Positions 55,651 through 62,675 of a stretch of DNA of 62,675 nt are shown here, in pieces; position 1 is the stretch's first letter, and every line of letters starts with the position of its first letter. The position numbers and the translations under genes are program-made. The DNA is from Tolypothrix carrinoi HA7290-LM1 (GTDB lineage: Bacteria; Cyanobacteriota; Cyanobacteriia; Cyanobacteriales; Nostocaceae). Where the stretch lies: assembly GCA_019358935.1 (NCBI GenBank), contig JAHHIK010000043.1, positions 1-62,675 on the forward strand. Direction: 5' to 3'. The notes beneath the pieces are model-generated. The model saw only the letters and a list, made by a program, of their open reading frames with translations, did no database searches and had not been told where the DNA came from.

Positions 55651-56082
55651 ATGTCTTACCGCAATCCGGCTCCGACAGTTGATATCATCATCGAATTGGT
55701 CGATCGCCCTCATCGACCAATAGTGTTAATCGAAAGACATAATCCTCCTTTGGGTTGGGCGATTCCTGGTGGTTTTGTCGATTATGGGGAATCTGTGGAA
55801 GTGGCGGCGCGGCGCGAAGCGCAGGAGGAGACGGGTTTGCAGGTAGAATTAATAGAACAATTTCTGGTGTATTCTGACCCTAGTCGCGATCCCCGTCAAC
55901 ATACGCTGAGTATTGTGTTTTTGGCGACGGCGACGGGGGAGCCAAAAGCGGGGGATGATGCGAAAGGTGTCGGGATGTTTGAGTCTTGGCGTGTGCCTGG
56001 TAATTTATGTTTTGACCACGATCGCATTTTGCGCGATTATTGGCAATATCGGCATTATGGTATACGTCCGAGGTTGGGGTAG
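55651..56082 (+). CDS. NUDIX hydrolase
   Basis: [25 protein letters not shown]udix box; RDPR. Confidence 0.95.
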   Translation: MSYRNPAPTVDIIIELVDRPHRPIVLIERHNPPLGWAIPGGFVDYGESVEVAARREAQEETGLQVELIEQFLVYSDPSRDPRQHTLSIVFLATATGEPKAGDDAKGVGMFESWRVPGNLCFDHDRILRDYWQYRHYGIRPRLG

Positions 56083-56147
56083 GGGCGGGGTTTCCCCGCC
56101 CGTAGAGTAACGAACCGCAGAGGCGCAGAGGGCGCAGAGGAGGAGAG

Positions 56148-56537
56148 ATGAGTAAGAGGGTGATTCGGACAGAAGAGGCACCGGCGCCGGTGGGACCTTA
56201 TAATCAAGCGATCGCTGTTTCTGGTGAGTTGGTGTTTGTGGCGGGGCAAATTCCCCTTGATGCGGGTTCGGGGGATATTATTGGGGTGGGGGATGTGACG
56301 CAGCAAACGCAGCAGGTAATGGCGAATCTAGAGGCGATTCTGAATGCTTCTGGGGCGGGGTTTGATGATGTGGTGAAGACGACTGTGTTTTTAGCTGATA
56401 TGAATGATTTTGCGGCGATGAATGCTGTTTATGCGAAGTATTTTGATGAAGCTACTGCGCCGGCGCGTGCGTGCGTGCAGGTGTCGCGTTTACCTAAGGA
56501 TGTTTTGGTGGAGATTGATTGTATTGCGGTGATTTAA
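56148..56537 (+). CDS. ridA: RidA family enamine/imine deaminase
   Basis: [33 protein letters not shown]...LVEID. Confidence 0.93.
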   Translation: MSKRVIRTEEAPAPVGPYNQAIAVSGELVFVAGQIPLDAGSGDIIGVGDVTQQTQQVMANLEAILNASGAGFDDVVKTTVFLADMNDFAAMNAVYAKYFDEATAPARACVQVSRLPKDVLVEIDCIAVI

Positions 56538-56582
56538 GATGAAAATCTTTGGTCAGATGATTTTAAAACTAGGAGATTATAA
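56538..56582 (+). pseudogene. 3' remnant of a DUF4258-type gene
   Basis: Reads DENLWSDDFKTRRL* directly upstream of a YgiT-type zinc-finger gene, the usual partner. Confidence 0.55.
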
Positions 56583-56584
56583 GT

Positions 56585-56996
56585 ATGAGGTGTGTCAAGC
56601 AGAAGGGTGTAGGGTGTAGGGGGTAGGGGGTAGGGGAGAAGACGGGACTTGTCGGGGCGTATGATTCCCCGACCAATGCAATCGGGAGCGAAAAACGGGG
56701 CTTGTAACCCAAAGGTTGTTGTGGTCTTTCCACCCTATACCCCACACCCCACACCCTACACCCCGCCCCAACGGGGCTTGGTCATTTGTAAGCATGGACA
56801 AACTAAACCAGGCTTGGTGACTGTCACTTTAGAAAGAGACGAGTGTATAGTTGTTATTAAAAAAGTGCCGGCAGAAGTTTGTGATAACTGCGGGGAATAT
56901 TACTTGAACAATAGCATTACTGAGCAAGTGTTACAACGAGCAGATGTGGCTGTTAATAATGGCGCTGAAGTTGAAATAATCCGATATGCAGCTTAG
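56585..56996 (+). pseudogene. YgiT-type zinc-finger (MqsA-like) antitoxin gene interrupted by an insertion
   Basis: ATG AGG TGT | insertion | GTC ATT TGT restores MRCVICKHG...VPAEVCDNCGEYY; TAGGAG RBS upstream. Confidence 0.85.
56596..56780. mobile_element. 185-bp MITE-like insertion
   Basis: CAAGC...GCTTG termini, GT duplicated on both sides, inverted GTAGGG[T/G] and CCCCACA heptamer arms. Confidence 0.7.
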
Positions 56997-57014
56997 ATTG
57001 CGAAAAAGGTATCA

Positions 57015-57260
57015 ATGAGCAAAACATTAACGGTTACATTTGATGGTTCTGTTTTACGACCAGATACACCGCTTGAATTAGAACCGAACAAGCGCTACTT
57101 AATTACTATTGTTTCTGAGGATAATAACTCATCAACCGCTGATGTGTGGGATGTATTAGAAGATTTAGCCAGAACAGTTGATGCACCAGATGATTGGGCA
57201 AGTCAACATGACCATTATCTGTATGGCACACCAAAACGTCAGCCTGAAATTAATACATGA
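57015..57260 (+). CDS. Putative antitoxin (AF2212/DUF104-like)
   Basis: TFDGSVLRP..PLEL N-terminus and DWASQHDHYLYG C-terminus typical of PIN-toxin partners; stop overlaps an ATG (ATGA). Confidence 0.75.
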   Translation: MSKTLTVTFDGSVLRPDTPLELEPNKRYLITIVSEDNNSSTADVWDVLEDLARTVDAPDDWASQHDHYLYGTPKRQPEINT

Positions 57261-57394
57261 CGGGCGATCGCGTTGCTTTTTGGACGCTGTTTGGCAAGGT
57301 TTGGGGAAAATATTATTTTAGGACGTTTGATTAAGTGCGATCGCTCTCCAAATTTGGGAATACTTACTTTAGTAAACTCAAGGGAGTAAGAAAA

Positions 57395-57868
57395 ATGGCA
57401 GACAATAAAATCAGTGCGAATCTTTCTGCAACAGATCGGCTGGCAGTAATGGATGCGATCGCGACTATTCGCGAAAAGTTACCGTTTTTGGTTGATTTGA
57501 CAACGGAAGACCGCCGAACGATGCTGAAGATGGGAGATAAAAGTCGGGCTTTTGTCAGCAAAGCTTTGGAGGTAGCGACACAAAACCCGGAATTTTTGCC
57601 TCGTTCTTTTAATGTCGAGGAAATGCGCCGAGATTTGGCGCTGTATGAGGCGTTGTATCCAATTTTGCTTTCTTTAACTCAACTGCAAGAATTGGTGGAT
57701 GACACTTATATAGCTATTGGTAGTGAAGCGTATGCAGCAGCGCTGGCTGTTTACAATTATGCCAAGGCTAGCGGTGATGTGACTGGTTTAGATGCAGTCA
57801 TTGATGAAATGGGACGCAGGTTTACCCGTCGATCTAAGAAAAAGCAACCTGAAACTTCCATGAACTAA
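57395..57868 (+). CDS. Conserved all-helical hypothetical protein
   Basis: GGGAG RBS; KLPFLVDLT.EDRR.M.KMGDKS.AFV.KA, VDDT.IA.GSEAY..AL.VY, basic tail. Confidence 0.85.
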   Translation: MADNKISANLSATDRLAVMDAIATIREKLPFLVDLTTEDRRTMLKMGDKSRAFVSKALEVATQNPEFLPRSFNVEEMRRDLALYEALYPILLSLTQLQELVDDTYIAIGSEAYAAALAVYNYAKASGDVTGLDAVIDEMGRRFTRRSKKKQPETSMN

Positions 57869-57899
57869 AGCTGGAAATAAGCGGTTTGCCGAAATCAAT

Positions 57900-58070
57900 G
57901 TAGCCGACAGGCTGAAGTCTGAGGCTACACCAACCAAAAAGTAGCCGACAGGCTGAAGCCTGAGGCTACACCAACCAAGTTTGCCTGCGCGGACTATTAG
58001 CTTACAACCATATTCAGCCTGCGTAGGCAGGCTTCGTTCGTATAGCCCCACCCTTCTAGGGTGAGGGCTT
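57900..58070. repeat. REP/BIME-like composite palindromic element with a 36-bp duplication
   Basis: Direct repeats at 57900-57935 and 57941-57976; hairpins gcctgcgtaggcaggc and caccct-tct-agggtg. Confidence 0.7.
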
Positions 58071-58099
58071 TCAATTTTATATGTCAAATATTAATGTTT

Positions 58100-58372
58100 G
58101 AGCTTCAGAAGGTCAACTTCGAGCTTCAGAAGGTCAACTTCGAGCCTCAGAAGGTCAACATTGAGCTTCAGAAGGTCAACTTCGAGCCTCAGAAGGTCAA
58201 CTTTGAGCCTCAGAAGGTCAACTTTCAGCTTCAGAAGGTCAACATTGAGCCTCAGAAGGTCAACCTTGAGCATCAGAAGGTCAACTTCGAGCTTCAGAAG
58301 GTCAACATTGAGCCTCAGAAGGTCAACTTCGAGCTTCAGAAGGTCAACTTTCAGCCTCAGAAGGTCAACTTC
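58100..58372. repeat. Tandem array, 13 x 21 bp ([G/C]AGC[T/C/A]TCAGAAGGTCAAC[T/A/C]T[C/T])
   Basis: Counted directly; invariant 13-bp core and four variable positions. Confidence 0.95.
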
Positions 58373-58477
58373 GAGCTTTTGAGGAGCGATCGCACTTCAA
58401 AATAAATCATTAATGTTTACATTAGCCTTTGGGAATATTTACTAAGTACAGCTTTGCATTAATTTGTAGCGTTTTGA

Positions 58478-58540
58478 AACGCAGAGGGGAGGCAGCGCGT
58501 TGCGGGGGTTCCCCCCGTTGTAGCGACTGCCGTCACGCAA
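58478..58540. repeat. Dispersed repeat, identical copy at 62341-62404
   Basis: aaacgcagaggggaggcagcgcgttgcgggggttccccccgttgtagcgactgccgtcacgcaa. Confidence 0.9.
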
Positions 58541-58743
58541 AGTCAGCGCAGAGTAACGCAAAGTCTTTCTGAAATTAATAGCGCCAATTCTTTGCGTGCC
58601 TCTGCGCTTACCTCAGCGCCCCTTTGCGTTTAAATTTCAACCCTCAATTAGCCCAGTCTACAAATAAATTTCTCACAATCCGAAATCCGGGGTGCGTAAT
58701 TAGTAGCTACAGTGTAAGTAATTCCACTCCGGCACTAACAGAA

Positions 58744-61419
58744 GTGAATAACCCACAAAAAAAGCCCAAGAGCTTACAAGATATCCTCCAGCAACGGCAG
58801 CAATCAGGCTTTGTCGGGCGTGAAGAACAAGTTAGCCTGTTTCGTCAAAATCTGGACTTGTCTCTAGAAGACTCGCGCAGGCACTTTCTGTTTAACGTTT
58901 GGGGTCAAGGGGGTGTAGGTAAAAGCACACTGTTACGCCAGTTTCGCAAAATCGCGGAGTCAGCGAAAATCATCGCCGCTCATACAGATGATAGTGAAAA
59001 ATCTGTCCCCGAAGCTATGGGTCGTCTGGCTGAACAGTTGGAACAGCAAAATTATAAACTGCCGCAGTTTACTGAACGCTACAAAGTTTATCGTCAGAAG
59101 CGGCAAGAATTAGAAAGCGATCCCGAAGCACCTCAAGGATTTTCGGCTTTTGTGGGCAAAACTGTGGCAAAAACAGGTGTGCTTTTAGCGCGTCGAGTTC
59201 CGGTTGGGGGGGCTGTATTTGACTTTATAGATGAGGATGCTGTAGCTTCGCAAGCTGGGGAATGGGCATCTTATGTAGCGAAGAAATTAACCAACAAAGA
59301 TGAAGTTCGCTTAATTCAAGAACCTGTGGAAGTGCTGACTCCGCTATTTTTGCAGGATATTTCCAAATTAGCCGAGAAGTCTGGCGTTGCCCTGTTTTTC
59401 GATACTTATGAATGCACCGAGGATTTTCTCGATAACTGGCTGCGGGAAATTTTAGAAGGTCGTTACGGTGAAGTTCCTCTAAATATATTAGTTATTATCG
59501 CCGGACGGCAAGAATTAGATAAAAATCATTGGGCGCCTTACGAGGGGTTAATGATTCGTTTTCCTTTGGAAGCGTTTACGGAAGAGGAAGCTCAACAGTA
59601 TTTGACTCGTAAAGGCATTACCAACAGTCGTGTTATTGAAGTGATTTTACGTCTTTCTGGACGCTTGCCGCTATTAGTGGCAACTTTGGCGGCTGAAAGT
59701 CCAAAAGACGCCAGTCAAGTAGGCGATCCTAGTGGTACGGCTGTAGAACGCTTCTTAAAATGGATTGACGATCGCAAGCGGCGACAATTAGCTTTGGATG
59801 CGGCAATTCCGCGTTGTTTAAATCGAGATGTGTTAGCGAAGTTGCGAGGAGAAGATGAAGCTGACGATCTGTTTAACTGGCTGAAAGAAATGCCGTTTAT
59901 TGAAGAACGTACTGAGGGCTGGGCTTATCATGAAGTCGTCAAAACGCAAATGCTCCGCCACAAGCGTCTTTCCTCCCCACAAAGTTGGGCTGACCTTCAT
60001 GGCAAGTTAGGAGAATATTACGACACGCTGCGAAATAATCTGCAACTAAATGAAGAAAAGAAACACCGCGATCCTACTTGGCAAAGTCACGCTTTAAATG
60101 TTTTGTATCACGGCTTATGTCAAACACCGCAAAAAAGTTTGCCCATAGCTCTCAATGAATTCCTTGCTAGTCTCTACAATCAACGCTCTTTTGCCCTTCG
60201 GTTGGCAGAAACAATGGTGCAGGCTGGTAAAAATGCGGATAACGGTGAAATTAAATGTTGGGGGGAGCAGTTAGCCAATGGATTAAATGCTTATGAAGAA
60301 AAACGCTACGAACTTGCTGTAGATATGTTTACAGCACTGCTAGAGCATTCTGAAATTCAGTCTCAGTGGCGATCAATTGCTTTAAGTTGGCGAGGTTATA
60401 TTTACCGCTTGATGCAGCGTTACGAAGAAGCTCTCAAAGACTTTGACCCTGCCATTGAACTTAATCCTAAATACGATTGGGCGATCGCAGGTCGAGCTTA
60501 TACTTACTGCTCGATGAAACGTTACGAAGAAGCTCTCAAATACTTTGACTGTGCCATTGAACTTAATCCTAAATACGACTGGGCGATCGGACATCGGGGT
60601 GATACTTACCGCTTGATGGAGCGTTACGAAGAAGCTCTCAAAGACTTTGACCGAGCGATTGAACTTAATCCTAAATCTGATTGGGCGATCGCACAGCGAG
60701 GTGAAACTTACCGCTTGATGAAGCGTTATGAAGAAGCTCTCAAAGACTTTGACTGTGCCATTGAATTAAATCCTAAATACGATTGGGCGATCACACAGCG
60801 AGGTGAAACTTACCGCTTGATGAAGCGTTATGAAGAAGCTCTCAAAGACTTTGACTGTGCCATTGAATTAAATCCTAAATACGATTGGGCGATCGCACAG
60901 CGAGGTGAAACTTACCGCTTGATGAAGCGTTATGAAGAAGCTCTCAAAGACTTTGACTGTGCCATTGAATTAAATCCTAAATACGATTGGGCGATCGCAC
61001 AGCGAGGTCTAACTTACCTCATGGTGAAGCGCTACAATGAGGCTCTTGAAAACTTAAACAGTGCTATCAACTTAAAACCTGATAATGATTGGTATCTTTA
61101 TTGTCGAGCTTTAGCCTACCAAGCTCTCAATCAAGTAGACAAAGCACGAATTGACCTTAATAATGCCACCAAACTTGCTCAACAAAATTACCAAAAAGAT
61201 GCTAAAGACTGGCGCAATACCTTTAATCTCGCTCTTTACTATCTAATTGGTGGAAATGTTGAATTATCACAGCGCTTCTATCAATATGCTCTCTCTAGCC
61301 ATGCACCCTTAGATTCGATTCGTCTAGCAATTCGTGACTTAGAGGGCTTTTCAAGCATCTTCCCTGAGTATATCGAAGCACAATCTATGCGAAAGTTCTT
61401 GCAGTCTTCGCTGAGGTGA
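58744..61419 (+). CDS. P-loop ATPase (AAA_16/STAND-like) with C-terminal TPR array
   Basis: FVGREEQ, GQGGVGKS Walker A, LFFDTYE Walker B, IIAGR, GRLPL (GxP), 34-aa TPR repeats; GTG 58744 is the likely start. Confidence 0.9.
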   Translation: MNNPQKKPKSLQDILQQRQQSGFVGREEQVSLFRQNLDLSLEDSRRHFLFNVWGQGGVGKSTLLRQFRKIAESAKIIAAHTDDSEKSVPEAMGRLAEQLEQQNYKLPQFTERYKVYRQKRQELESDPEAPQGFSAFVGKTVAKTGVLLARRVPVGGAVFDFIDEDAVASQAGEWASYVAKKLTNKDEVRLIQEPVEVLTPLFLQDISKLAEKSGVALFFDTYECTEDFLDNWLREILEGRYGEVPLNILVIIAGRQELDKNHWAPYEGLMIRFPLEAFTEEEAQQYLTRKGITNSRVIEVILRLSGRLPLLVATLAAESPKDASQVGDPSGTAVERFLKWIDDRKRRQLALDAAIPRCLNRDVLAKLRGEDEADDLFNWLKEMPFIEERTEGWAYHEVVKTQMLRHKRLSSPQSWADLHGKLGEYYDTLRNNLQLNEEKKHRDPTWQSHALNVLYHGLCQTPQKSLPIALNEFLASLYNQRSFALRLAETMVQAGKNADNGEIKCWGEQLANGLNAYEEKRYELAVDMFTALLEHSEIQSQWRSIALSWRGYIYRLMQRYEEALKDFDPAIELNPKYDWAIAGRAYTYCSMKRYEEALKYFDCAIELNPKYDWAIGHRGDTYRLMERYEEALKDFDRAIELNPKSDWAIAQRGETYRLMKRYEEALKDFDCAIELNPKYDWAITQRGETYRLMKRYEEALKDFDCAIELNPKYDWAIAQRGETYRLMKRYEEALKDFDCAIELNPKYDWAIAQRGLTYLMVKRYNEALENLNSAINLKPDNDWYLYCRALAYQALNQVDKARIDLNNATKLAQQNYQKDAKDWRNTFNLALYYLIGGNVELSQRFYQYALSSHAPLDSIRLAIRDLEGFSSIFPEYIEAQSMRKFLQSSLR
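60380..61010 (+). repeat. 102-bp coding tandem repeats (about 6 TPR units)
   Basis: HIP1 or near-HIP1 at 60481, 60583, 60685, 60787, 60889 and 60991 (exact 102-bp period). Confidence 0.92.
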
Positions 61420-61435
61420 ATTTTTGTTAAGATAT

Positions 61436-61549
61436 GAGCGATCGCGCTTTTTAATTGAGCCGAGACAAGAGAGCGATCGCGCTTTTTAATTGAGTCGAGA
61501 TAAAAGAGCGATCGCGCTTTTTAATTGAGTCGAGATAAAAGAGCGATCG
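61436..61549. repeat. 3.3 x 35-bp tandem repeat, each unit starting at HIP1
   Basis: gagcgatcgcgctttttaattgag[c/t]cgaga[c/t]aa[g/a]a. Confidence 0.9.
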
Positions 61550-61553
61550 TCTA

Positions 61554-61670
61554 CCACCTGGGGTTAAAACCCCAGGCTAATAGCTTAAGTCCACTTAAGT
61601 GGACTAGCAAAAGATTTTAGTCCTCTTTAGAGGACTTTTGCTATTAGCCCGGAAATTCATTTCCGGGTGG
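61554..61670. repeat. Multi-hairpin REP/MITE-like element
   Basis: cctgggg..ccccagg, ggctaatagc...gctattagcc, agtccac-ttaa-gtggact, agtcctc-ttta-gaggact, cccggaaat-tc-atttccggg. Confidence 0.75.
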
Positions 61671-61852
61671 GTTTGATGGCTGTTGCTGGGTGGGTTTGAT
61701 GGTTGTTGCATTAATTAAAAAAGAGCGATCGCTTTCTCAACTTCACTCTTCACAAATAATATTGTTAAAAATTTAGCCGCCAAGTGCATCAGTTAATTTA
61801 AACTACACCCATATAAGGATGAAGACTGTTGAAGTTTAACAAGGAGAATCAC

Positions 61853-62329
61853 ATGACAGTCAATTCCAAACCTACATATTTAGTGTTCGGTGACTTTTAC
61901 ACCTTTCTCGCTACCGGGGAAGATACCGATGGAAAATATTCTCTCACCGAGATGGTGATGCAACCGCAAAGCACTACACCACCGCACATTCACGATCGCT
62001 TTGAAGAAGCGCACTATATTCTTGAGGGAGAAGTTGAATATCAACTTGACGACAAAACTATCGTCGCAACTCCTGGAACCTTCCTTCAGTTTCCCATCGG
62101 ACAAGCCCACGGCTTTAAGAACGTCACTTCACAACCTGCTAAAGTCTTGGCTTTTCTGACACCACCAGGAGGTGAGCAATTTTTTGCAGAATTCGGGCAG
62201 CAAGTCAACCTCCCGATGAGCGAAGAAGAAAAGTAGAAACTTTTGGTTCCCCCTACTCCTGACGACTTTGAAAAATTCGTTGAACTCGCTGTGACAAAGT
62301 ATAGGGTACAATTGGCTCCACAGCTTTAA
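61853..62329 (+). pseudogene. Cupin (quercetin dioxygenase-like) gene with an internal in-frame TAG
   Basis: PPHIH...E..YILEGE and P.G.AHGF cupin motifs; TAG at 62234-62236 followed by 30 in-frame codons KLLVPPTPDDFEKFVELAVTKYRVQLAPQL*. Confidence 0.7.
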
Positions 62330-62550
62330 GGAAGAAATTTAAACGCAGAGGGGAGGCAGCGCGTTGCGGGGGTTCCCCCCGTTGTAGCGACTGCCGTCAC
62401 GCAATGGTGAGCGCAAAGGTGAGCGGAGTTTTTATTAGGGTATAAGCGATCGCTTTCAATGTCTTCAAGTCGTCTTTTTGGCAACTTAAATAAAAAAATG
62501 CAGTACTTTAGTCATGGTTAGGTCATGACCAAAGTCCGATGAAATAACTT

Positions 62551-62675
62551 TTGACATCCTCCCCGGTCTGAAGACACGGGGATTCCAAGAATCACTTCTT
62601 GGGTTTCCTCTTTCCGCGACTCGGCTTATTTAAAGGAGTTTCCCCACCCAAACAGAGGTCGATGTCTCCAGAGGC
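62551..62675 (-). mobile_element. tnpB: Right end and 3' coding tail of an IS200/IS605 tnpB element
   Basis: Minus strand reads ASGDIDLCLGGETP...KPKK* (stop 62592-62594), then gaatcccc-gtgtcttcagacc-ggggaggatgTCAA, a typical right-end hairpin and terminal tetranucleotide. Confidence 0.8.

Noticed and set aside
56649..56996. Intact 115-aa gene as given in the ORF track
   Set aside because: Its first 44 codons come from the inserted MITE; the real gene starts at 56585 and is disrupted.
60380..61010. Diversity-generating retroelement target
   Set aside because: No reverse transcriptase or separate template repeat, and the differences are not adenine-specific.

Overview
Chromosomal window from a heterocyst-forming-type (Nostocales-like) cyanobacterium, judged from dense HIP1 (GCGATCGC) sites, heptameric STRR repeats, a devBCA-type exporter and cphBA1. 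Core genes include sdhA, a yybP-ykoY (Mn2+) riboswitch with its TMEM165/GDT1 exporter, argD, larB/cpmA, ispF, trmD, cphB/cphA, tatA, cbiT, cdsA, a pseudouridine synthase, a rodZ-like gene, malQ, a NUDIX hydrolase and ridA. There is also a six-gene bacteriophytochrome/phosphorelay cluster, a TetR-devBCA operon and an ArsR-led pstSCAB operon. The accessory content is the most interesting part: (1) an IS607 element whose TnpB has the rearranged RuvC site of the Fanzor2/pro-Fanzor clade and an N-terminal reading frame overprinted across all of tnpA; (2) that element appears to sit inside an integron-type gene cassette (EstX/EstT-like hydrolase plus a clear attC site) with no integrase in the window; (3) a HIP1-bounded module of a helical hypothetical gene plus a 13x21-bp variable array, and a second 21-bp array that encodes a similar heptad in one frame; (4) tandem RHH/HeH-like divergent modules delimited by a palindromic site; (5) nested ~45-nt mobile repeats, a 21-nt insert inside a HIP1 site of a kinase, MITEs, decayed toxin-antitoxin loci and a P-loop ATPase-TPR protein. 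Both window ends fall in probable IS200/IS605 ends. No rRNA, tRNA or CRISPR array was seen. All calls come from motif recognition by eye; no searches were run.
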